From Amoebophrya sp. A120 (taxonomy: Eukaryota > Protista > Dinoflagellata): a DNA stretch of 64,000 nucleotides. Positions 1 through 11,800 of this stretch are shown here, in pieces (positions within the stretch are counted from its first letter, which is position 1; each line of letters opens with the position of its first letter). Position numbers and translations under genes: made by a program. The notes under the pieces were generated by a model. The model saw nothing but the letters and a program-made list of their open reading frames with translations, searched no databases and was not told the DNA's origin. The stretch is from the NCBI GenBank assembly GCA_905178155.1, contig CAJINV010000010.1:2364778-2428777 (forward strand). The letters are read 5' to 3'.

Positions 1-1018
1 CGGCTGCGCGCGTGAAATCAGCGAAAAGCGGCCGGGGCGGGCGGAGTTACGGAGAAACCGCCCGCGGGCCCGCCGGCCGGCGCAGTACGTACCTACGGAC
101 GCATCGGCTGCCGCAATTGCGCCGGCGCGCAATGCCGGCAGCGCGGCAAGAAGTGCGCAAAAGGCTGGGGGGCTAGCCTTTGCGCTTTCCCGTACTCCGA
201 AACTATAAGCCCGGGCCGGTGCCTTCGCCCGATGCGCCTGATTCTTCCGGGCGCAGTCCATCGCCGCGGTGGATGGGCATACAACCCGGCGCCCAGGGCT
301 GCGGCCCACATCTTGCCCAGCATGCGCCGGCCCTGGGCCGGCCGCAAGGCGAAAACGACCCCAACAAGACCCCCCAACCCGGGGCCCCATCCGCAACCCC
401 CCGGAGACGCGCAGGCCCCCCCTTTCCGGTAGCAGCTGACGGCGGCCCCGTGCTCCGTGGCGCGGCTCAGCGCCGTGGCGTGCCGCGCTACATCTCCTCC
501 CCTCTTGGTTCCCCGGCCGATCTCCTCCCCTATGATATTCCACAACTCGCCTGCCTTTTGTCACTTTGCCGCGACACTGGAGCGCGCATACATAGGCGAC
601 CGGGAAGGCGCCCAGCCTCACTGGCTGGCACGTACACACTGCGGCCAGCTCAACGAGCAGCCCAACGCCCCGGGGGCGCGCACGGCGGGGCGGCACTAGC
701 TACACGCCCGCCGCGGCCTGGGGGCGGGCGCGTCGCCTTCCTCCGCCTCACACGCGCAGGGCTGCGCCCTCGCGTCGCGGAGGACCTTCGCGCGCACTGC
801 TGCGCCCGGCCCCCGCACGGCTTCGCAGGCGCGCGCCGTGAAACTCCTGGAACATCGCCCGCGCTTGCTCGGCCAAGTTCTGCACCAGGTGCGCAGGGCA
901 AAGGACAACGGCAAAGGGCGCGCGGCGCGCACGTTCCGCCGGAAATTCCCCGAGATGCCTCCGCGCGGCAATTCCCAAACGATGCGCCGAGAGCCGTCCC
1001 CCCCCCGCAGCGAACGCC

Positions 1019-1098
1019 CACAGCCAGAAAGCCCGCACAGCCAGAAGGCCCGCACAGCCAGAAAGCCCGCACAGCCAGAAAGGCCGCACAGCCAGAAA
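1019..1098. repeat. Tandem 17-18 bp repeat (CACAGCCAGAAAG(G)CCCG) about 4.5 copies, in a GC-rich block
   Basis: Directly visible tandem copies. Confidence 0.8.
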
Positions 1099-1749
1099 GC
1101 AGGCGGGCTGCTCTGGGGGAGATGCGTGATAATGGCAGAACCACACTAGGCACTGCAGAAAAAACGGCGCAGCCCAATTGTTAGCTGGGAACACACTGCA
1201 GGATACTGAATCAGTACCGGTGTCGAAGAACCGGTCGATCATTTTTTCTTCCCGCGCTTTGATGTTGCAACCAACAAGGGAAAACTGCACGCAGCCCGGA
1301 ATTCAACGGGAGCCTTGCCATCTCGAGCCCGATACCATCACCAGAACCATACAGATGTCGCGACTTAATGGTCGCATAAGGGTCAATCTTGTCAAAGACT
1401 ACTGTATTCTTGAGTTGCAATATAGTATTCTTGATTTGCACAAAAAATCCGATAGACCTAAAGCTGAGCCTGACTGAGGTGAATATCCAGGAGACCTGCC
1501 AGACATTAGTCGTACCGATAGAAATAAATATGTTAAAACCTATGAAAGCGTGTCACCAGCGTATTATTTTTCATTTTCTTGCAACGAATATACAGGAAGG
1601 AGCCTCCTCCACTCGAAAAAATGGCAGCTCCGCCTCCGTTGTAAGTAGAAGTGCACCTACGCAACAAACATAATTCCGGTGGACCTTCACCACCACACTT
1701 CAAAATCAATTTTTCCAGAGGGCTTCCGTGCGGGAGGACCCCTCACGAG

Positions 1750-4700
1750 TCTACTTCTTTTCCACGACCAGCAGCTCCCCTACAACAACCACTCTACCCA
1801 ACCTGCCTCCTCGCTCTGCACAAACCTTCTGTGAGTTCCCTATCAAAAGGAAAAGTGTCTGGGTCTGCAATGTTGCCGGGTTTGTCATGCATATTTTGCA
1901 TGACCCAGGATGTCTGTAATGCATGACCTAGCATCGCAGATTTTTAGAGGGCTTCCTGATCCCTAATCCGCATGACAAATGCCCTCCCCGCGTAGCACAA
2001 ACTAGACTCCTCTTGCTGATCATGCAATACAGCTTCTTTTAGAGTCCAGAGTTAGCATCACAAGCTCCAACCTTCCAGACACAGACATTTTTGTATTTGA
2101 TAGTCCCGTGCCTTTTCCAACACCGCGGCGGAGATGAAGCGGTTTTTGCGAGGGTATTAAAAGGAAACATCCCCCCTCTCCATATCGAAAAAGCGCGCTG
2201 TTCAAAATTTGTGATGCTGATTTGTGGCCACAAATCGAGTCTCCCTTGCAGAAGAGGAACGCCAGAGCTTCGGCCGCATTTCGCAGGCGATTTGTAATGC
2301 TGCTGCGCCAATGGGGCAGACAGCTGCCATGCTAAGTGCCTACCTCAAGCCACTCCTTTCCGGGCTTTGTATCTGCCTGCAGTGCTCTACTCCAAGACAA
2401 GACTGATTAGATTTGTGTACGCAAATACAGCATCACAGACTTCCCTTTCGATATGAGGAGGGGGGATTTTTCATTTTGATAGAGGGTAGAGCGTGTTCAG
2501 CGCGTTGTTCAGTAGGGTGCAGTCGTCCTCAGCTCGCTCTCTATCCTCTCTCTTCTCCGCCCGCTGAAGCCGGGACGCGTGGTGCCGTATCATGGTTCGC
2601 GACAGCGGCATCGTAGGTCGTGCATTACTAGTCTTTTGCGAAGGCGAAGAGGAAGACTTTGCCTCTGTCTGTGTCTGTCCCTGTAGAAGTCTACTACTTC
2701 TTGAGGAGGCTCCTGCAGATGTTGAAGTCGACGCTTTCGGCAGGAAGCCAGCCGCTGTCGGGGTAGTAGTAGTTCTCGAAACTCCTGTAGAAATTCCGGG
2801 TGAAAATAAAGGACTCTTTGACGACGGTGATGATGATGATGATGCTCCAGCACGACCAGAGGGAGAACGAACGCCACCAGCCGAGCTCCTCGATGAACTA
2901 CTTCTACCACTACTCAACGTCTCGGCCAAATCTGCGTCGGCTTCGACGAATCCGGACAGCAAGTCTTCCACTTCGTGGCACAATTCCGTCGAGAACAATT
3001 CCGGACAAGCAAGCTCCTGAACCCTGCGTTGGTTGAAAATCGACAGCATCCCAATCGGGATGGATCTATCCAAGGAAACAAGTGCTTTTTACAGTTACAC
3101 AGTTCTAGTGAATTCAGCATCTTCACAAAGTTGGTCTGCCTAGCAAACAAAAAAGCTTCAACTTGTATAAATGCGCGGCCTGTAAGGAAATGAAACACGC
3201 ACGAAATGACAATGCCAAGCATGTCCTGCATGACAGACGTTGTCTGTCTTACTTGTCTTGCATCAGAGTGTCGTGTACTAACTGTACACACTTTTTTCTT
3301 CGCATAGGATCCATCTAGGAAATACTGGAGTTCCAAGTTCCGGTAGTGCATGGAATCCACCGGTTGGGCGTAATGATCAGCAGATTTTGTACAAGAAGAA
3401 TCTACTTTTTTCTTGTTATTCGGAAACATGAAAGGTGACTCCAGGTTTGAGGCAAGTTTCAAATCGTTTCGCACACGGTCCGCCACACTGGAACCTGCAG
3501 CTCCTATCAAATGCAAAAATGTCTAGGTCTGGAAGAGTCGGGACTTATGATGCACATTTTGCATGACCCGTGAGGTCTGTGATGCTGGTGCTAGCATCAC
3601 AGATTTTTTGAGCGCTCCTTGATGCTAATTACGCATGAAGAATGACCTCTCCGCGTGCCAAGAACTGACTCCTCTTGCTGTTCATGCAACACAGATATTT
3701 TTAGAATCCGCAGACAGTATTACAAGTTCCATTCTTCCAGACCCAGACATATAAATATGCAATCCATAGCTCCGGTTGGAGTGCTACTCGCTGACGCGGC
3801 AGACCCCGCTCCTCGTTTATTTCCCGCGTGCCGACTGCCGCCCGCGGCGGTGGCAGGTGCAGGCGCTTTTCTCGAAGAAGAGGAGGAAGAAGTAGGTGTA
3901 GTTGGTCCCCATCCTGCATGCTGATGATGCCCTCCCGCATTGTTTGTCATCATCCCGGTATTTATTTTTCCTTTCTTTCCGAGACCTTGCTGTTGTTGAT
4001 CCTGATTCTTCGACTTGCACTTCGCAATCGCCGACACCATGGGGCTTGGCTCGTCTGCGCACACCGGACACCTGCACGACCCAATATTGGCCACAATACC
4101 TCTCTTCGCGTTTCGTGCTTCCCTTCGCATCTGCTCAAACCGTTTTCTCGCTTCCGGAACGGGGTTCACGCGGATGAACTGCCTCAACTGTGTCATCACC
4201 AACGCAACGGTAACGCTGCCGCTGGAAATCTGCCCAAGCACATACATCCAGAACATGGAGGAATCCTGATAGAACACGTGAAGATGGTTTGTAGGTTATA
4301 GTTTCTTGGGGATACGATATGATTGCCTGAGCGTTCCGTACAGTTCATTTCCTAACAAACAGATTGATACGACATGGCCAAAATGTTGACGAGGAGATCG
4401 AGATATTGATATATGTTGATATCAGTAGATCCTCCATTCGAAAATTACTCTCTACCCTGAACTCCGGAGGTTCGAAGCACTGCACAGTCATTTCGAAAAG
4501 GGCAATGACGGCGAGTGGATAGCGCGCGGCGTGCCGCACCAGCTCCAGATAGGGTTTTGCCAGCCGGCCGGCTAAAGACGTCGGTAATACTTCCTCGAGA
4601 AGGTCTCCAACAGCACTGGGGATGGTGCCGTTGCCCGCTTGATGCGCTGCGGATTTTGCTGCTGCCGCTGCCGCTGCTACACCCCCTCCTGAAACCTTCG

Positions 4701-7700
4701 TTGCTTGTTTTTTTGAACTACCCTTCGAAGCAGCTGTAGTTGACGAAGTAGAACTACCGCTTTTTTGTTCGGCTCCCGCCGTCGTGTTGATGTTCCTCCG
4801 GTGCAGTAACGCCCTGATCGCTTTCCTCTTTTCGCTGTCCGCGTCAAGACAACTGCTCCAGGTCTGCACAGCCTGGTCAACTAGTCTTTCCTTCGGGGTT
4901 TTTGTTCTAGTGGGATTTTGTACATTTGATGATGATAAAGAAGATGACGTTGCTCCACCTGTCGCGCCATTTTTGCCAGAGAAAGCGGTACTAGTCGTGG
5001 ACCCGTCTTCTTCTCGCACGGCCCCGGCTTGTTGCAGAAATCCCTTACTCTGCCCCCCATCGACGCACTCGTCTGGAACCATCCAGCATCACAAGAAAAA
5101 AGTGTTACGGTCTTTACACATTTGTTGTAAGAACTTCAGCAAAACGACAAATTTTCTCTGTGTGGGGCTTGTTCCGGCGCAACACAATGTGTACTTGACT
5201 GCAAGACTTTTTTCTACTTCCCATATCCAGAAGACCCGGCCGGTATCCGGATCGTGAAAATTTTTCGGCAAAATTTCCTTTTCCCCGTCTACCCCAAACA
5301 TGACGACCAGGAACATGAGTTTCGCAATGGTGTGGAGACCGGTAAGCATGACATTGTCGATTCTTTCGAATTCCTGTCTCGTAACGTCGTCCACGGCACC
5401 TTTCCATGCCAGAAACGCCAGCCTGTATCGCACAGAAAAAAGCGAGCAACGAGCGCACATTTGTAATGCAGCACTAAATTATATATAGTTTTGGCTATTC
5501 AAAAAATCATGCCTCCTGCTTCTAGCTTTTTTCTCTAGCATAGCGTGAACGACTTGCTGATCAGCTGGACCGCGATCTCTGACCACATGCTGTGCAGGAT
5601 GAAGAGCACTTGGAAGAGTTTGTATCGAATGTACAGATCGCGGTGCTCGACGAGCGACACGCAGGGCGGGGCTATCGTACGGGAAAATCCCCCCTCCCCA
5701 TACTGAAAAGGTTAAGCTATACTGTTGGGCATTTGTGACGCTGCTTTGTGGTCACAAATCGCGTCTGTCTTGCAAGAAGGCAAACCCAGAAGGCCCCCCG
5801 CATTATGCAGGCGGTTTGTGATGCTGTTGGGCCTACAGCATGGATTTTTGTCATGCTGAGCTCCTAGGCGAAAACCTCTCTACTACGGCTTGATATGGGC
5901 CTGTAGTCCTCTACTGCAAGACCAGGGCGATTTGTGTACGCAAATCCAGCATCAGAAATTTCGTTTTGATATAGCGAGGGGGGATGTTTCTCTTTGATAG
6001 GAGCGCACTGATCCACCGCGTGTTCCAGGAAATCCGAGCGGAGCATATAACCCGCTCAGGTGTTACAATTTCAAATCGGTTATCTTTACCATAGAATATT
6101 ATGGAAATCTGTGATGCACGAAGTGCAAGAGCTAACCTACTCGTCGCACAGGATTGCGCAAGACAACTTCTGGAGTGGTCCCAATCCGCACTAAGTAGAT
6201 CTGGCAAAATTTGTATTGCAGAAAGTCGAACGCTGTGCGAGTCTGTCATGCTCTTCATGCAAGACAAGGAAAATGCAGACTCTAAATGGTAACCGATTTG
6301 GGATTGTGACACTTGAGCAGGTCATAGAGCACGCGGAAACTACTGGTCCACGCACACACATTCGCTTCGATCTCCTCGTCCTCAGCATCGTCCTCTTCTG
6401 CGGCAATGGATTGCTGTTTCTCTGCAGTAGGTCTGTCTTGGTCCTCGACTGCGGTCGTGTTCTTCTCCTCCTTCTGCTTGCCCGTACTGAGATGAGAATC
6501 GGTAGAAGCTGGTGCGGCGTCGACATCCATTTGCTCGTTGTCCCCGACAAATGTTGAATCAATTTCCATTGCGTCTTTTATGGAAGAAGATGAACCAGCG
6601 ATGTTTACTGGTCTAGCAACGGCAGAAGAGGATTTGATACTCCCAGTAGTTCTTGTACCAGAAACATTATTGTCCTCCTTCCTACCGCCGCTCATTTCCA
6701 GCACCGTGCCGCCTCTGTTCACTACTTCAGCGATTGCCGTGAACGCGTGATCACCCCCTGCTCCACTGTGAACCAGGCCCCCACTCTCCACTTTCTTCAA
6801 GTCTTCTCTCTGTGGTAGGCACTGCTGCATCATTTTCAGCTCGCTTTTACTCACCTTCACGGGGAATTCCACCTTGTCCGCTATCAAATGCAAATATCCC
6901 TGGATGTCTGGACGATTGCGAGATTTGTCATGCTAGTCTGGCATGACTCTGCGCTCTGTATTGCGTGGCCACCAAGAGGTCCTCCAGCCTGTCATGCAAA
7001 AGCGCAAATTCTCCTGCGAAATACGCAGCACAAAAGAACGAAAAAACTTGTCATGCTTAGCGGCGCATTACAGGAGAGCACTGATTGTTCACGGACTTGC
7101 ATCACAAGTTTGTTCCAGACCCAGACATATTGGCAATGGATATCCGCTGGAATTGTCACAAACTTGTTCCGGGCCTCCATCACGGACCGAATCTGGTTGG
7201 CCGTGTAGCCCTCCAAGTCGAGGCGCGGCTCCAATTTTGGCGTCATTACCAAACGAAGAAATTCCTCCGCACCCTTTTGATCCACAAAGGATTTCTTCGG
7301 TCTGCTGACATTATTTCCGCGCTGCTGCTGCTGCTTGTCGTGGCGACTAGAATTAGTCGTACAACCGGCGGCAGAATTTTTAGGCTGCTTGCTGTTGTCT
7401 TTGTGCGGCCTGTTGCTTGTTTTCGGACCCTATCAAGCGCAAAAATGTCTGGCTTTGGAAGGTGGTAACTTGTAATGCTAGCTTTCCATAGCTAGGAAAT
7501 CTGTTTTGCATAACCAACAAAATAAGTCGCAGCCTCTTTTGTACATGCAAACACGCAGTTTCTCATGCGGATTGCCTATGAGAAAGCGTTCTGGAAAGTT
7601 GTCATGCTAAATTGCATTGCACACTGTTTCCATCATCCACATTTTAGCATCACAAGTTTCCAGACCCAGACACTTTTGCATTTGATAGACCCCGACCAGA

Positions 7701-8776
7701 TGCGGTCTTCGCCGCTAATGGACCTCGTCCACTCCGAACTTTAGCAGTAGTTATCAAAGTGAAAAATCCCCCCTCCCCATATCGGAAACGGAAGATGCGC
7801 GAACTTGTGATGCTGTATTTGAGTACACAAATCGACTTGTATTGCTAGAAGGCCAAGAGACGAAGCTGTGGCCTCAATTGCAGGCAATCTGTCATGCTGT
7901 TTCCCACTTCCAGTTGCCTCCTGTCATCCTGGAGCTGCAAGGCTTTCCCAGGCTAGACAGCACTACAGTCTGCATCTTTTGCCTTCTAGCATCACAAAGC
8001 TGATTTGTGGCCACAAATCTGCATCACAGATTTCCGTTTTGATATGGGGAGGGGGCATTTTTCATTGTAATAGTAGTTGTACCAGCACCACCGTAGCATG
8101 ATCCGACGCCGCTTGCAGTACTTCTTCTACCATCCTCCTCGTAGTGGTCCAATGGATCGAACCGCGCGCCTTCCTCTTCGTCCTTCATTCTCGCGTCTGC
8201 CTCGTCCGACGCAGAGGTAATAAAAATCCGCATGCCGGTGAGCAGCGTCGCGAATAAATACAGCTGATCCAGCATCATGGCCATGGACGCACCGCAGCAA
8301 ATCCACTCCGCGCACTTAAACGGAACATTGCCAATCGTGTCCCGCTCACTGGCCAGAAGTATGCTCAGAAAAGATTGCGCGCGCTTTTTCTTCGGGTTGG
8401 TGTGCTCGCTAGTAGATTCGTGCTCGTCATCATCGACGTTGTTCCCGATAGCAGTTTCTTCGTCTTCTTGCGCAATCGTGGTGCAACGTGTGCCACTACA
8501 CGTTGCTGCTCTAATTGCAGCAGCACTCCTGCTCCTTCCACTACCTTGCTCCACCGCGGTAGAAGAGGAACTACGTGTACTTGCAGAAGTTTCCTCATTA
8601 TCCGCAAAGATCAAATCTGCGACCTCCTGCGCCAAGGCGTGCCCGATTCGGTCTTCGTCGGTAACAAACCAACTATCGGCGTACTTTTCCTTAAGTTTTT
8701 CGTCTTCCTCAGTCAATTCGTAGTGAGGGAGAATAATCCGCTTCATTTCTGTATTCCGGATTTTCTCCTTGTCCAA
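1750..8776 (-). CDS. Multi-exon hypothetical protein(s); boundaries uncertain
   Basis: Minus-strand ORF pieces (8024-8776, 6992-7285, 6282-6893, 4345-5082, 3720-4277, 2471-3073) end at TIR elements or GT-AG introns. Removing element 6882-7142 plus one TSD joins ...FVTIPAD|KVEFPVK in frame. No family recognised; may be continuous with the gene upstream. Confidence 0.45.
1841..2102. mobile_element. Introner family A
   Basis: TIR TATCAAA..AAAA(G)TGTCTGGGTCTG / CAGAC(A)CAGACATTTTTGTATTTGATA; TSD TTCCC/GTCCC; close copy of 53120-53395. Confidence 0.88.
2155..2481. mobile_element. Introner family B
   Basis: TIR with CCCCCTC(T)CCATATC / GATATGAGGAGGGGGATTTTTC; TSD GAGGG. Confidence 0.88.
3505..3768. 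mobile_element. Introner family A
   Basis: Family A TIRs; TSD GCTCC. Confidence 0.88.
5673..5999. mobile_element. Introner family B
   Basis: Family B TIRs; TSD GGGGC/GGAGC. Confidence 0.85.
6882..7142. mobile_element. Introner family A
   Basis: TSD TCCGC; removal restores frame. Confidence 0.88.
7431..7687. mobile_element. Introner family A
   Basis: TSD GACCC. Confidence 0.88.
7752..8072. mobile_element. Introner family B
   Basis: TSD GTAGT; right end resembles the family E terminus. Confidence 0.88.
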
Positions 8777-8872
8777 AATCTCTTGCAGCTCTACTACTTC
8801 CGGCGTTGAGATGAAAAGGCGATTTTTCTCTTTCTTGTCTCCAGCACGAGAACCACCTCTAATGTCATCAAT

Positions 8873-11800
8873 TTAATTTTTTATGCCGAGGCTCTTTATC
8901 CCGGCCTTTTCCAATCGCTTCCCCACGACGCTGTCGTGGCAAAAGCTTCGCCAGTATCCAGGAAAAAAACTGTGTAAGTGTAACCCTGTAGGAAGAGCAG
9001 CATCACAAATTCGTTTTTCATTACACGGAAAACCTGTCATGCGCATCTAGTAAGTGGAAACACGTATGATAGTAGCCTATGACGCGCTTCCAGCATGACA
9101 AGTGTAACTGTTTTGCATTTTCTGCATCACAGATTTACACTCACACAGTTTTTTTTTTTGCATAGCCAGGATTTCTCGTTTATCACGTACTTCTGCCAGG
9201 AAGAAAATGTCCGCAGTATTCCGGTGAAAAATGCCTCCACCCCGTAAGTTGCAACCATTTGTAATGCGAAGTTTCGAAATGCACACTTTTTGTCTTGCAT
9301 GAAAGGACGATGGATCTTTCTGATGCAGATTCTAGTCGTATACAGCAGCCCTTGCATGACAAGCGCCGCCCTGGCTGGGTTTTTTTGCAATACAGATTTT
9401 TGCTATTCACGATTGAAAATCTGTGATGCTGATACATGCAAGACGGCGAATGTTTCCATTGTGAAGCAGGTTTGCAATACTTACAAATGCTCCCAAGTGC
9501 TGGGGTCGTGGGGGCATTTTCATTGTAATACGAGAGAACCGCGCGTCGGCGCCGCGGACACGATTTTCACCCTCCCAGCTTTCCATCGCCTTCCCCGTCT
9601 CCTGGTCTTTTATCCACTCCGGCGACAGAATCTCGCAGAAAACCTCCGTCCAGGGATCGATCAAAACTGTGTTGACAACGTTTGTCACGCTCTCTGTCAC
9701 ACTTGCGACCGGCGTAAAATTCTTCGCCAGCGGGTAGACGAGCTTGTGCGCGAAGAGGGGCAGAGCCAGCTTCCAGATCGTGTTGAACCGTTTCCTGTCA
9801 ATCCTTTTGTTCGAAAAGGGCACGCGGATTCTCTGCTGCTTCAAGGATTCAAAGTGCTTCTTCCGCCGCTGCCCGATAACGTGCGCGGAGAACTGCGCGC
9901 GGGAAAGCAGCAGGGAAGCCAATTTCGCCCACTTTTCTTCTCGAAGCGAGGTCGTGATCATTGGCGGTTTTTGTTCATGATGTGATGTACTAGTAGAAGT
10001 AGTACAACTTTGTGTAGAAGTTTTACCACTACTACTACTACTACTGCCCCCACCTCCCGCTGCTCCCCCCGCGAGTTCTATCCTGAGTAAAAACGTACCC
10101 ACACCAGAGTCAGGATGGGGATTTTGCAACACAAACCTAGGAGTTTTGTGAGTCACGCATGACAAGTTGCACTCTGCAGCGTAGTGCAGGTTAGCAAGTG
10201 CAGCCGCAGCACAGATTCATCTGCTCATCCTGTTCACAGCATCACAAATTCCAAAACACGACTGGAAATGGCTCTCATGGGGATGCGCATTACAAGTCTT
10301 CCTGTCTTTGCAAATCTGCATTACAACTCTGGTGTGGGTACGTTTTTACTCAGGATAAGTTCCGCGCTTTTCACCTCCACAGCGGAGAAGATTTTGTCCC
10401 GGAGGCGGGTGATGATCAGATCCTCTAGCGCTTCGTTCTCTTCGCAGGCGCCGTGCTTTTCGCTCGTGCACGCGTAGCATTTTGGAGGCCGCTGGTCTAT
10501 CCTGAGTAAAAACATACCCACACCAGAGTCAGGATGGGGAATCTGCTAGACAAATCAGCCAGCTTTGGTTGTTTGGCATGACAAGTTTGTCCGCGTAGTG
10601 TAGTGCTGCTTGAGCTAGTTTAGCAGCATTACAGATCTAGTATATCGTGCTGATTGGAGCATGACAAATTTCAAAACCGCATTAGAAAATGCTTCTCATG
10701 GGGCTCCGCATGAGAAACATTTTAAGCATGCAGAGTTGCATGACAACTATGGTGTGGGTACGTTTTTACTCAGGATATTGTCGGAGGTTTTGTTATTTTT
10801 CACCTGATACCGCACATCGTAGCAGGGAGGATAATTGATGAAACTGCTGCTTCTAGCGTTTCCGGTGCTCTGACAAGGAGTCGAGCCTGATCCTGAAACT
10901 GGACCACTTGCTGCAAGAACCGGATTACTATTTCCTGTCGCTCCATGACTGGTAGCAGCAGAAACCGATCCCGCTGCTGGTTCTCCGGATCCTGCTTTGC
11001 GCACTGAGGAGATCTTCAAAGGACATGCCGGTAGATCTACTTTTTCACCGGTGCAGCTGCCATGAACCGGAGTTGCAGAGCCCGAAAGTGAGTTCATCTC
11101 CTTCGGACACGGAGTCCCGGTCCACGACTTCGGCGAATCAATATCATCCCCAGAACAAACTAATCCGCAAGCACACGACGACGTCAACGGCGAAGAGCCG
11201 CAAGAAGTGCGGCCAGAAGTATCCCGCTGGCGATTTTCGCTCCACGCTTGCGTCAGAGAAGATCTTGTTGGAATCTTCTTGCTCCCACCAGCACAAGAAG
11301 ATAAACCTCCCCTGGAAGATGAGGTCGACGGCGAGGAAATAAATCTTCCCCCGACTTGCATCTTCCGGATCATACCCAATTGCCGGCGCACGTCCCTTGC
11401 CAAAAGCTGGAGCGCCAGTTTTTCCCACCGGACGCGGAACAGTTTGGCACTTCGCAGTCGTTTCGCACTGTCCTTCACAAATTGCTTCGCGACGAGCTTC
11501 TCCCAGGTGGCGATAAAAAGCTTCGATCTTTCCTGTCGCAACCTATTGAGAGGAAAAATCCCCCCTCCCCATATCGAACAGGTATGTTTCCGAAAATTTG
11601 TCTTGCTGATTTGAGACCACAAATCACGTCTGTCTTGCAAGAAGACAACTCCACAGGCTCTGCCGCATTATGCAGGCGGCTTGTGATGCTGTTGGGCCTA
11701 CAGCATAGACGTGTCTCATGCTAAGCGCCTAGGGCAAAAGCTCTCTACTCAGGCTTAGCAGGAGCCTGCTTTCCTCTACTGCAAGACAAACCTGATTTGT

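Noticed and set aside
93-1290. Long overlapping ORFs in GC-rich blocks (also 33378-34797, 49822-50526, 53462-54369)
   Set aside because: Arg/Pro/Ala/Gly-rich and open in several frames because high GC depletes stops; no recognisable domain.
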